Source of the DNA: Oikopleura dioica
Taxonomy: Eukaryota > Animalia > Chordata
NCBI GenBank assembly: GCA_907165135.1
Contig: OU015570.1
Location: forward strand, 1,943,929-2,007,928
Direction of reading: 5' to 3'
Length of the DNA: 64,000 nt
Below the pieces are notes generated by a model, which saw nothing but the letters and a program-made list of their open reading frames with translations, had not been told where the DNA came from and did not search any database. Positions 38,567 to 50,313 of this stretch are shown piece after piece. Made by a program: the position numbers and the translations under genes. Each line of letters opens with the position of its first letter. Position 1 is the first letter of the stretch.

Positions 38567-39647
38567 ATGTCGTTGGCTCGAAAAGAGAAAAGGCCTTGGG
38601 ACGCGTCCGAAACCCTGCCTCATGCTGCTCCCCATCGGGAAGCAAAAATACCACGTGACTCTGACAATGCCCGAGCTTCAACCCGGGTCGATTCGCCGAT
38701 GCCACCGCCACCGGTACCTCCGGGCGTTAACAGTATGTCGTCTACGCCGCTGAAGATAACTTCTGTCGTTCCGCAGCTCGACGAGAGCAGAATACCCTTG
38801 CCGTCACTTGGTGCCTCGGGTATGTCAGTTGACGATCCATCACTTGCACATGAGGCCACTGTTATTGCTCAAAGGTCTGAGCTTCACGTGGATGCCAGCA
38901 GTAACTCCGCGTCTGATGTTACTACCGCTATAATGACTAGTATGGGCAATATTCTTGACAAACATGTGCATAGGAAACCATTGAAGAGCGAGGCTGATTC
39001 AGCCGAATCGACACAGTTTCCACCATTGCCTGCTTTCTTGCCACGTGAGGACCCCCTTGCTCGAAGGTAAAAACCCCGAGCCACCTTAACTAACTTTCAG
39101 TTATTCTCTCGGGCATCTTCCTTCAAAACTCTTTCCTGAGTACGAGCTCGAACTTCTCAAGTACTTCTCAGAGGGGCCCCTTCTCATCCATCACGAGTTT
39201 GTAGATCTTCGCCGGCAAGCTGGGATGCCCCAAAAAATATTGCAGCATCCTTTCTCCCGAGTCAAGCAATTTCTACTTCATTTAGGTGACGATTTTCACT
39301 ACCTAATTTTATTAATTGAACTGAACGAAGGGAGGACTCTTTACTACACACGTGTTGCTCCTCCTTGCTCCTTCAATCTATCATTTCCACCAGCCGTGGA
39401 CGTCAAACCCGGGCCTTTCACTGACGACTTCGCTCGCGCGCTTCAAGCCCTGCTCACGTGTTATCTTATCTCACTTAGTGAGTATTATCGAGGAAGTTGT
39501 TTTGTTCAAATCAGAACGGAAGCTCACAAACAGCGCCTCAACGATTTCACCCACGAGCTCTGCGATCACTTCTTCGGCCAGACTTTCGGAAAAGAATACC
39601 GACCGCCCTTCCTTGTGCAATATGAAGATCGTCGATCTCGAGGATAA
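38567..39647 (+). CDS. Accessory antisense gene A2, about 333-348 aa, Pro/Ser-rich N-terminal half
   Basis: The 34-nt intron 39067-39100 joins ORF 38471-39070 in frame to ORF 39225-39647; possible in-frame 45-nt intron 39286-39330; copy 1 (from 34648) is truncated at the duplication junction. Confidence 0.7.
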
Positions 39648-40696
39648 CACTCCCTTGACCCCAATCGTCACGAGTTCCGCCCGTGAGAGATCCGCTCGTA
39701 TACGACGCACGATTACACCTTCTGCCGCACTTGTTCTACTATTCTTCACTTTCCTCCTTTTCGTCATATTTTTCATCACACGAGTTTCGGTATTTATTCA
39801 TGACCGCCTTGCAAAACTTTCCGCCTTCGTACACCGTTTCCATCTACCAAAACCCGTGAGTACTCGAATAACCTAGATCCGCCGCGTCAATTATTTACTC
39901 AGCGTTTCCATTTAGGGCTTAATCCGGCGACGTCGCTCGTTCATGGGTGGGAACGACTTCCTTTCGATAGGAGCCGCCACTCCTGCGCCTGACTCTCTTG
40001 TCTCTGCTGGACGTACCGTCAACACTGACCTCACTGTTGGTGGAGCAACTCCTTGGGAATGGTAAGCCGTTACTCCTCCGTCTAACTTTATAATTAACGC
40101 CCACCTAGGGTCACGTTTAGCGTCTTCTCTTTCTTCTGCTTTTTATGCCTCGTGTGCTTTTGCGGCCGCCACATCACTGACAAACTTCAGCGTTGTACCT
40201 ACGCTCTGCCCGCGCCTGGCGCCGACGAGGATTCCAGCGAGTTCGCTCAAGTGCACGCCCTTTGACGGCGAATTGCTGCAGACCGCCAGATGATCAAGGC
40301 TCGAAAAGTCCACACCAAAGTCACCCATGAGCTGAAAGCTCTTGGACCCCGGCCGAGCCTGATGCTGATGAACCCGCGCAATCGCTTCCTACAGTAGGTA
40401 ACTCCTCGTTGATTGCAGGCACCCGGGATCCCGAGCCACTTCTGCACGAGTCGCGAGCGCAAACTCCTCTCTGGTCCTGATTCGACCTTCTTCTTCTGCA
40501 AATTTCGATAAATACCCGTGGCTATTGTTAGAAACTTGCATAATTCACTTCGTAAAATTTCACACGTGTTTACAAATTTTTCTTTAAGCTACCTATTCCA
40601 CCAACATTCTCCTTTGAAATATTTGTCCTTATGACAAATATTATCTTTTGATTATTCAATTTAAATCTCCTAAACCACGAGTGCTCATAACCCGTG

Positions 40697-42559
40697 TTAA
40701 CTACTCTCTGCATACTTTCTTTCGTTGCCAAAGCCCAATAAACATTCATAATCTACCTCCGGACTCTCCCATTTGCTTCTGTCAGTCACAACTGATCTCG
40801 CATGCATGAACTCAGGTAGCATGAGATCCTCGTTTATTCCGAGCATCATGAGTCCGGCTTTACTCGGGTCTGTGACGCAATTGCCGTCGACGATGGCTCT
40901 TATGGCCTTCAGCGCCCACGAATAGACTCTCTTCCGCTTCAGCCCGACTTTCTCCGTGTATACAAGCCCCTCAAACCAGTCTACCCCATCGGGGTACTCT
41001 TCCGTGCCGACCACTACGAAGTAAGGGTTCAAGTCGTTTTTCTGCCATTCTCCCTCGAGCAGCAGGTAATCACCCACTTTAATCGGCTTTTCGAACTCGT
41101 CATCGTAACTGTCACCCTTCTCGTACGGGTGAAACACTATGGGTTTCCGCGTTCGGCCCTTCTTCTGATTCTGCAGAAACGCTTTTCTGCCTCGCTCTCT
41201 GCTCAAGGCAATGTGCTCAATAATTTTCTTCAAATTAACGTCAACTGGCTTATCGAACTTGTCACGTGAAAAGTATATTTCATTTGGCGTGTACCCGTGT
41301 CTGCTCGGAGTTTCGTTCAATCTCGCCGCTGCTTCTACTGCCACTCGCATTGGTGACCCTTTCTTTGAGATTTCAGCTTTCAGAAACATCGTGAGCTTCT
41401 GGACCCGTGTATCCATCGGCGAAAGATGGTTCTTTGACCTGGTTGATTTCTCTGGCAAGTTTACCGACACCTTCCAGTCATTCCAAACATCCCTACCAGC
41501 GATGTTCTTGTTCACGCTACATCCGTCGAGGAAGATCTGGATTCTTTTCTCGCGAATTGGGCCGCGTAAAAACTCGCCTACTGCTCTGCAGAGAACTTCT
41601 GTGCCTTTATCCGCAGTCATTTCCGAGTTTTTATTGGGTACAACTTTGTCAAACCCGAGATCGCTTCTGAGACTACCCAAAATTTGAGCGTGGACTCGTC
41701 CGCGCCTTGGTACGCATTTCTCGTGATTACATCTGCGAAAAGGACCTGGCCCACTTCTTTGGGAGATTCGTCATTGTACTTTTTGGTATAACCTCAATTC
41801 TAGCCTGTTTCCTAAAATAGGTACAGCCCGTGCAACTCCGGTGCACCTTCTCGATGACCTTGTTCATCCCTGGTGACCAGAAATTGCATCTCACGTGTTT
41901 TTAAACGCCGTCAACGACGTGCAGCCTGTAACCTTCATCATTTTCCTCGTGAGTAATTCTAAGTACTCTAAAGGAACAACCAACGGTTCAACCTTCTTAT
42001 CTTCCACGAAGAACGCTTGTTTGTACAGGACGCTTGCGCCGTTCTCTTCCTTGATCTCACAAGATTTGCGTAAACTCTCCGCAATCCTGTCCCCGTACGG
42101 CATTTTCCCATTCTTCCTCTTCGATTCTACAGCTCTCTGCACGTGCTTGTCAGTGAGCTGCATTTTACGAAGCAATGGGGCATTCTCCAGAAACTCCTTC
42201 ATCGAAAACTTCTCCAGATATTCTTCGATTTCCTCATGAACTTTTCTGGCATCCTTTATGAACGGAGTTTCCTCGTCCACTCCATCTTTTACTCACATTC
42301 TTTTCGCACGTGCTCGCGTGGCCATCATGGAGATTTCCTCCTCTACCTCAATCGGCTTTAGCTCCTCGAAACACGTGGCCTGTTTCAGCGCGTGGCGGAA
42401 ATCGTTGCCGTTCTCAATGAGGAAAATGCTGTCGAACGTCTCAATATTCACAACGGGCTCCTTGGATTTACACTCGACCCTTCCGGCGCAAGACGCGTCC
42501 TTTTTGATAAATACCCGTGACGGTCGACCTCCAAACACATTCTGCAATCCCCATTGCAA
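40697..42559 (-). CDS. pol: Integrase region of pol, split by single-base indels and one TGA
   Basis: FWSPGM...SCTGC zinc-finger half, VLFADVI, IFLDGCSVN, SPMDTRVQKL, LNETPSRHGYTPNEIYF and a C-terminal extension. Confidence 0.85.
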
Positions 42560-44724
42560 GGGACTAGATGATCATCAGATCTCGACAGCATGTCCGCAAG
42601 ATCTACCTCCGCCGACCTGCAACTTTTGTAGACAATCTTGATGTTATACGACATCAGCTTCACGAGTCGCTCATTTATCTTATAATCCTCTGCCAACTCC
42701 TGGCCATTCAAACCTCTCTTGTACAACTTTTCTACAGATATCGAGTCTGTAATCACTGTCACCGGCTTGTTTACCAAGTCGATTTCCCACGAGCAATGGA
42801 TTACTGCGTTTAAAATCCCGTGTAATTCTAACAAACAGCTGCACCACTGGGTATTATTGCCCGAGTCGGGTCTCTTCTTCGAGTAGAGCTTGTTCAGTCT
42901 TACCTTTCCCGACTCATCTTTCTGATACAAAAATGCACCCGTGCCTTTGTTGCTCGAGTCAACGACGAGGTATGTCTCAAGCTCAGACACCACCGGGTAA
43001 AGCGACACCAAACTCTCGTCTAATTCCTTCTGGACTTTCTTATACGAAGCGATCAGCTCCTCGTTCCAAACTATATGCTCGGCCAAGCTTTTCTTGTTTT
43101 TCGTGGCCTCATATAGAGGAGCCAAGATTTCAGTTCTAAATGGAAGCGAGTCCGCGATGTACGTGATCCATCCCAAAACTCGCTTCATACATTTTACCGT
43201 TTTTATACCCGTGTATTCCTGCTTTGCTATTTTATCTAACACGTGTGTGCTTGCTCGGATTGTGCCGTTCGACACCCGTCTGCCGAGGATCGAAATGTCT
43301 TTGCTAAGAAACGTACACTTCTTTCCTTTGAGTCTTAGGTTGAACGCGCTCAACGTCTGAAGCACTGCAGCCACGTTTTCCAAAAATTCCTCCGGTGAAT
43401 CCCCGACGATGCAGATGTCATCGACATAAATGAAGCAATACTTTCTGTGGCTGTATAAAATTATCTTCAGCTTTTCACGTGCTAACAACGGGCTCGAGAG
43501 CCAACCCTTTGGCAATCTGCGATATGCCATCGGCCCCCTTTCTGGATGATCCAAGCAAAAATGTGGCCACATAGCCGGATGAAACCTAAAGCAATAGAAC
43601 ATCGACGCAATGTCGATGCATGCGATCAGGCCACTTTCCGTATATTTCGCCACCTTTTGCAACACGTATTTGATTGAGTCGGTCTGCCGGGCCGAATGAA
43701 CCGTGTCATCGTTGATTTTCGCCCTTTTGCAATCCGCCACAACTTTTATTGAGCCTGCGCACAATTCCACCTTCGCAGTTTCCGCATTTTTCTTACCAAC
43801 AGGGAAAAAACTCAGGAAATGCTTCGGAGTCATGTGCTTAGGTAGGAAACCAATCACACCTTCGCTGGCTTCCTGGTCTAGCTTGTCAACTAGGGCTTTC
43901 ACTACAGACTCGTTCATTGACTTGTTATAACTTTGTCTGACGATCTTGCCCGACGTATTTCCCGTGATTTCCGAATATATCTCGAACTCATCTCCCGGGA
44001 CACACCCTTGAGTTCCTTCAAAAATGACCTTCTCTTTTTCCAGGATACTATTCAGTCGTTTCAAGTAATTCTTTCCATCCGGGATACTCTTGATAACCTC
44101 ACCGGTTACATCGATTTTGCATTCATTCCACGTGTTGATCTCACGTGCCTCCTGATGCATTCTCTCTAACTTTCTTGCATACTCAACTCTCGAATCTGGA
44201 TTGAGCCTGTCAGTGGGTCTCATCTCGATAACTGAGCTCGCGATACTCGGGACCAAGGTATCACACCTTACTGCCGGTACTAATCGCTCATTTCTTATAA
44301 CTTCATACAGGTTGAAATTATGGACTAAATTTTCTAGTTCAAACACGTGACTCATCTTCTTGAAACCTAGATTACTGATATCGACTCCGCGAATCGACAC
44401 CCTTGTCTCAAAGCACTTTTCACGTGGAACACATTCGATCTTCGCGCAATTCCTAGCTAGATCGCCCAGCGATACCAACACGCTCCTGTCGTCTCCTTCG
44501 CAGACCTTGGCGTCAACGAAAGATATCTTCACGTTCCTTTTCAGCCTCAGCGTGAATGATACTGCAACCGGCAGAAATTTCAACAGGCTGCCACCTGCTA
44601 CTTTTCCTGCGCCTGCATTCGCTCTCCTGATCTTTACGCCCCTGCTCGTCTTAAGCAAATTAAACAAACTCTCACTCAACAAGGAGACTGAAGCTCCAGT
44701 GTCAAGCAGTAACTTGAACCACAC
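42448..44724 (-). CDS. pol: pol: protease, RT and RNase H (758 aa open frame)
   Basis: LLDTGASVSLL; IDIASMFY...RLPKGWLSSP...YVDDICI; LVVDSSNKGTGAFL...TVITDS...LADMLSR. Confidence 0.95.
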   Translation of the reverse strand: MWFKLLLDTGASVSLLSESLFNLLKTSRGVKIRRANAGAGKVAGGSLLKFLPVAVSFTLRLKRNVKISFVDAKVCEGDDRSVLVSLGDLARNCAKIECVPREKCFETRVSIRGVDISNLGFKKMSHVFELENLVHNFNLYEVIRNERLVPAVRCDTLVPSIASSVIEMRPTDRLNPDSRVEYARKLERMHQEAREINTWNECKIDVTGEVIKSIPDGKNYLKRLNSILEKEKVIFEGTQGCVPGDEFEIYSEITGNTSGKIVRQSYNKSMNESVVKALVDKLDQEASEGVIGFLPKHMTPKHFLSFFPVGKKNAETAKVELCAGSIKVVADCKRAKINDDTVHSARQTDSIKYVLQKVAKYTESGLIACIDIASMFYCFRFHPAMWPHFCLDHPERGPMAYRRLPKGWLSSPLLAREKLKIILYSHRKYCFIYVDDICIVGDSPEEFLENVAAVLQTLSAFNLRLKGKKCTFLSKDISILGRRVSNGTIRASTHVLDKIAKQEYTGIKTVKCMKRVLGWITYIADSLPFRTEILAPLYEATKNKKSLAEHIVWNEELIASYKKVQKELDESLVSLYPVVSELETYLVVDSSNKGTGAFLYQKDESGKVRLNKLYSKKRPDSGNNTQWCSCLLELHGILNAVIHCSWEIDLVNKPVTVITDSISVEKLYKRGLNGQELAEDYKINERLVKLMSYNIKIVYKSCRSAEVDLADMLSRSDDHLVPCNGDCRMCLEVDRHGYLSKRTRLAPEGSSVNPRSPL

Positions 44725-46690
44725 GTGTTCTTTTTATTCAAAACCTTCTCACAATCAGGCAAGCAAAAATATATCTGCAACAGTCTTCTATCCGGAGCCC
44801 TCGAATCGTCGCGTGTCGTTGAGTCTACTGTTGCCCTTAATTTACAGTCGTTGAATTCACCTAGCTTCGCGAAAATCTCACCTTCCATGTTGAACTCGTC
44901 GTAGCCGTCTTTCGCCTCGATATCCAAATCCTCCAGCAAAGTGTTTATGTCCTCGCTGGACTCTGAACCCGAGTATTCACACTGTGACCGTAGCTGCATC
45001 AACTCGTGAACCGCCACGTCGTCCTGGAGTGCATATACCCGGGGATTATTCGATCGACGTACTCCCTTCTTCTTTATAAACCTGTTAAACTTTCCTTTTA
45101 TGTCAGGTCTTTTGAATTGTCCACGTGGTTTAAAGAACTTATCTGGCTGATCTTTCTTCATCAGTTCAAGGTCACGCTTGTTCAAGCTCTGCCCCGTGTA
45201 AGCCAGAATTTTTCCCGTTCCAAATTCCACTTTAAGGTCCGGACTATTCTTGATATGAGCCAGTCCCACGTCTTTTGATTGGCTCTTGGGAAATTTGCCC
45301 GGTTCTGAGATCGCCACTTTTCCACTCTCTGAGCGCCAAATTTGTTTGACACAAAGGCGTTTAATTCCGCCTCTATGTCTTCATCAATAGCGTCCACCTC
45401 GTCAATTTCTTCGGGAGTGAAACTCTTCACGTGATCATTCTTCCTTTTCTTCACCGCGCTACTCTGCTGTGAGCAGACAAACGCCAGTGTCGACCGGAAG
45501 TCACTTGTGAACATGTCTAAAGCCAACTCCACCTGAGTCAATTCCACGTGTCCCTGCGATTTAGACGCCTTGTCAATTTCGTCAAGAAACAAACGCTTCT
45601 CAACAATAATATCCCTGTTCAACAGGTCTTTGAACTCAAGCGCCTCTTCGCAGCTACCTTCTCCAAAATGTACTCCCATTTTCGAGCATCCAGACCAATT
45701 GCGCAAAGCGCTAAAGCTGTCGACTCTGCAAAAGGACCGAACTTGTCAGGAGTAGTGCAGAATTCTTCTCTGAATCTGCTTACACCCATAGGAGTACCAC
45801 GTGGAAATCTCTCTGGGATAACGGCATTATTTGTCATAATCTTTTTCATCAACTTTTTAATGATATCGTACATAGAACTTGTCTTCACGTGCGCTCATTC
45901 CCCCGGCCTACGACTTGGAGAAATTTCATAAATTTCAAAAGTCATTAGTCCTGGAGTTGTCTGCGTAGTCTCTTATCATTATCTGAGCATAACTCGAGAG
46001 ACTTGTTACATAGCCATTTCTGACATCTTCCCGAGATGTGTCCTCTACGTTCTCGCAGATCACGGGGCATATCTTTCTAACCACCGCCAACAACTCATCC
46101 GCCGGCGACCTTCTGTCACCGACACGTTCAAAATACCGCTGAAGCGGCAACTCTAAGCCCGGGAAGAAAGTGTCTTTAAACGCTCTCTCGCTAATATTTC
46201 GAGGCTGATTTGGGTTATCCATGAACCCGTCACGTGTTGCGTTCACAGTGCATCTTTCTAGGACGCCCGTGTACCTTCCTTCTAAACGCCATTCCTCGAA
46301 CATTCCCAGACTGTCCGGAACCGATAACCGGCCCGTAAGGTCTGGCAATCCGTCGTCATGCTCGCCCCAAAGTAATGGAACATTTGATACCTGGTCTGCA
46401 AACCGGTTATCCTTGTCATTCTTTCGGATCTCTGCCGAAAGAATACCCGAGATATGATTTAGCCATCCCAGAATCTTCTGGGATCGAACACTATCGTCCG
46501 CTGCCGTGAAGCAAAGAGGTACGATTTCCTTTCCACTGTAATATTTCAGCCCCGGAGGACACTGAAACATACCATTATTCTCATACGCATTCATATTGCT
46601 CATACAAAGACGAGGCCTCGAGGTTTGAAGATCTGAGTTGCAGTTCGTGCCCAAAGCGTTTGGTCTCGAAATCAGGTAATTTCTTCCCAA
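44676..46690 (-). CDS. gag: gag-like region in four consecutive frames
   Basis: Position between PBS and protease; basic C-terminal segment; no CCHC knuckle; two internal junctions repair by adding one base to a homopolymer. Confidence 0.65.
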
Positions 46691-46691
46691 A

Positions 46692-46705
46692 GCTTTCAGT
46701 CACCA
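46692..46705 (-). promoter_or_regulatory. Primer-binding site
   Basis: TGGTGACTGAAAGC directly after the 5' LTR; the first 7 nt equal the known tRNA-Trp PBS start TGGTGAC. Confidence 0.75.
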
Positions 46706-47098
46706 CGATAAAGTGCTCCTGCAGAAACTCAACACCCTCGTAAATTCACGTGTAAATTAGCGCTCCAATCGTTTATTCTAGTACAACAGTTGTCAAATCT
46801 AACAGCACGGGTCTACAGTAACTCCAGCAGTGATGATGGAATCCCGAGAGTCAGCACGTGTTGAAGAAATGAAGGAAGTTGCGTCTCCGATGAACTGAAC
46901 AAACCTGAAAGTATGGTTACTCTGCTGTCTTCCTGTGTCTCTAAATAAAGTAACGTGTATCACCTCGAGAATTTGAACGCTAAGCGTATGTGAAACGGGC
47001 GGCGTGAACTCGACCGACCGTTTCTTCGCGCGTAGGTTTTCTTCCCTTAGGGCAGGCGCGCCTGTCCTGGCCAAGCTATTTCCCACAAGAATCTAACG
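46706..47098 (-). repeat. 5' LTR
   Basis: Direct repeat of 29754-30146; termini CGTTAG...TTATCG. Confidence 0.95.
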
Positions 47099-48506
47099 CA
47101 GTAAGTAAATCGCAGGAAAACAGGCGAGATATGGGGAGATAAGATATTTTACGTAAAAATTTTCACCCAACTTAAGGCCACTTTTCAAATTAGCTGTCAT
47201 CCAAAAAGTGGCCTTAAGTTGGGGTTTCACTGTAAAACAGTCATAAATCCAGTCCCAAAACTCTTTTTGGGATTGTCTTATCAACCCTTTTTTTAATTTG
47301 TTATTTTATTTTCTTTTTATAATCCTTAAAGGCATTTAAATAATCCCTAAAACTTTTAAAGGATTGACTTTTGAAACAAAAAAATTAGAATTTTTGTGAA
47401 CTACCCTAATCATTTCCCTTATGATTTTTAACGTATGACGTAATAAAATATAATGATCCTCAGGTCACGAGGATCTTTTTCATGTATTGTCGACTCATTT
47501 TCATGACATTAGTTTTTCAGTTTTTTCGATTTTCTGGCTTTACACGTATCTTTTGGCCAAAAGCTAGGGACGTTTTGTGCTAAGAATTACACGAGCAATC
47601 TATTTCTGTTATCGGAAAGATCCAATTCGGACTTTCGGAAAATTTGATTTTCTAAATTTCATTAAAATTATTATCAGCGGTTTCAGTTCCTGTAAAGTAT
47701 CGTCGAATAAATATATTCATAGAGCAATAGCATAAAAGAATTTTAAGATCTCAATGTGAAAGAAAATCAACAAAAATCACCAAATTGAATGGCTATTTGC
47801 ATCTTTTTGAAGTTCGATCAAAAAAGGGGGATTTTATTTTTCTGACGCTATTGGAATGATCAAGAACTAAATCAATAAAAATCATAATCATCCATAAGAA
47901 GGGTCCATGCTAAAAAAACTTTTTAAATAATGGTTTTTAGGTCTTTTTTCTTCAATATAAAAGATGAAGATCTGGAAGAGCTTAGTTAAAAAAGCTAAAT
48001 TTTTACCGAAAATCGAAAAGGATTGAGGAGTTATGAAGAAAAATAAGAAAACCATCATAAATTTTCGATGATTCAAATAAACAAGAGAGAAAATCGAATT
48101 TTCGATTTCAAAAATAAATATACGAATAAGTTATCCGACCGTCAAATCCCAATTATAAAATAGAAACTATCTGTCTGATAAAAAATTATTTTTTCATTCA
48201 GAATCTCGAAATCATGATAGATAAAAAAAAAATTTTGCAAAAGTACCTTCATTTTGTGAAAAGTCTTTCCGGAAATCAGGTCTTCCACCCGGTAAATCTT
48301 CCAGCATAAGGATCCTCCAAGGTCCTCCGAAAAAGATGGATAAAATATTCATAGTATTGAACAAGAAGATTGTATCTTCTTTATTTATTCGTCTTCCAGC
48401 AAAGTGGATCTTCCGTTGGAGGAGTCCTCCGGAACGGAAGGGTCCTTCAACGTCACGTTGTCAAATAACGACCGAAGAATTCTAGATGTTAGACTTTTTC
48501 GGGGCG

Positions 48507-48889
48507 CACTGGTTATGTCGCTAAATGTCGCCGAATGTCGCTGAATGTCGCCGAATGTCGCCGAATGTCGCCGAGTGTCGCCACTTATTTTCGAAAAAAT
48601 AGGAATTATGAAAGAATAAATTTTTTGGCTCAAATATTCAAAACAAACTTGTTCTAGAACCGAAAATGGCGGAAAAAATAGGAGGCGCGGCAATAGAAGT
48701 GTGTCCAGCCCGACCAGTGAGTTACCTACCACAAATTGCGCGGAGCGTTTCCTTGTCTCGACATTATGCCAAAACAGTTCCAGAACAGGTTTGTTTTGAA
48801 ATTTCTTGGTTACAAACCAGTTTTCTTTCCAAAAATCCTGGTTTAAAAAAGGTGGCGACATTCGGCGACATTCGGCGACATAACCAGTG
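48507..48889. mobile_element. MITE with AATGTCGCCG subterminal repeats
   Basis: TIR CACTGGTTATGTCG; 10-mer arrays inverted at the two ends; no clear TSD. Confidence 0.7.
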
Positions 48890-50313
48890 TCGACCCTTTT
48901 TCCGTTGATTATTGGTCTTCCAGCAAAGAGGTCTTCCAGCAAAAAGGTCTTCTAGCAGAAAGGGTACTCCAAGGGTCCTCTAAGAGGTCACGTGGCCGAA
49001 AAACCTGATTGATAAGATTTATCATAGGTAGGGTGAATTTACAAAAAAATCAACTTTTTATTCATAGGGTAAACCTTTGGTCTAAGCATTGGGGTCGGAG
49101 GACCTTTCTGTGAGAACCCAGTCAAACTCACTCCGCCCCCGCAATTCGTTTGGACGAAATTTGCATTGTAAAATGTCCAAACGATTTGATTGCCTAGGGG
49201 CTTAGTCAGTCAGGAATGATAATCGCCGTTGATAAATTTACAGGGGTTAGAAATATAATCAGAAGAAAATAAGGATTAGATTCATGGAACGATTGGTATT
49301 AATTCTGATGACTGCTTCAAGCTCGCGAACAAAAGCTGATCGCATGGCTCGTATTCAAATACTTTGCACCGTCAGTTCTCCAAAGATTATATATTGATCG
49401 CGGAAGATCTTTTTCTCGGGAGTTTTCTGGAGCTTTCGGTAGTCCACATTGATTGTTTTGTACGGTTCCTTGTACTCGATACAGTTTTTATGGAATTTTT
49501 GGACATCAAATTTTTGGACATTTTTGCTATTTTATGGGGTTTTCTTGGGACACTTTTCAAAAGTGCCCGTATCAAATTTTTGGACATTTTCTGCGCCGTA
49601 TTTTTAAATTTTCTGTTATTTTTGCCAGATATGAAGTTTTTTCATATTAAAATCTTACTTTTTCTTTGAGAAAGATAAGATTGAAGGTTGATCTCGTACC
49701 CCTTAAACATTTTTTGTCTTTAGAAGAAGGATTAAACAAAGAATGATGGAGATTTTCTCAAAAAATTTTTTAAGCGATTTGGATGGGATATTTTTTGGCC
49801 GCGTGTATCAAATTTATGGACATTTTCGCGAAAATCTTGGGACAAAAAATGTCCAAAAATTCCATAATTAACTGTAATTCGCTTAATAAACTCTCTCTTC
49901 TTTGCAATAGAAATGTCGATACGAAAGCCACCAAGTTTCTTTTTTGAGATAAGCTTTCTCCGTTTCCTCATATTGGTAGTGAAACAAAAACATTTTTAAT
50001 CAACAAGAAAACAATCTTTATGTCCGTATCATAGGCCCTAATTATAACCCCTCTCTAATGGTTTTGCTCTTGAGACGTTTGGAAGAAAAATCATTAAAAA
50101 CTTCCTTTTCATTCAAAATTGGTAAAATTTTGAAAAAACCCAAAATTCTGTACATTGTTGCCAATTCCCGCTACAAAATTATGAATATAATTTTGGGTGG
50201 TGCCTGTAGTTGCATTTTTAAATTGTTTTCAGAGATCGAATTAAGATTAAACCAACTCAGGACAGATAGAACATTACGAATTATATAATAAAGAGTGGAA
50301 TACTCGGTTTGAA

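Larger units (their letters stand above)
31440..39279. repeat. 3.92-kb tandem duplication
   Basis: 31440-35360 and 35358-39279 with TTC microhomology; only two differences seen (extra T near 36070, A/T at 35242 versus 39161). Confidence 0.95.
29754..47098 (-). mobile_element. Large young Ty3/gypsy-order LTR retrotransposon with an accessory gene cluster
   Basis: 393-bp LTRs at 46706-47098 and 29754-30146 (one mismatch); PBS and PPT present; order gag-PR-RT-RH-IN, then about 6.6 kb (non-redundant) of spliced ORFs. Confidence 0.95.
29647..47232. mobile_element. Small TA-flanked TIR element split by the large LTR element
   Basis: Left TA-CAGTTAAACCCAAGCAACTTAAGGCC at 29645; right GGCCTTAAGTTGGGGTTTCACTG-TA ending at 47234; AACTTAAGGCCAC repeats on both sides of the insertion. 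Confidence 0.6.

Noticed and set aside
41630-45706. Programmed ribosomal frameshifts in gag-pol
   Set aside because: Too many, located inside domains, and repaired by single homopolymer additions; error or mutation is simpler.
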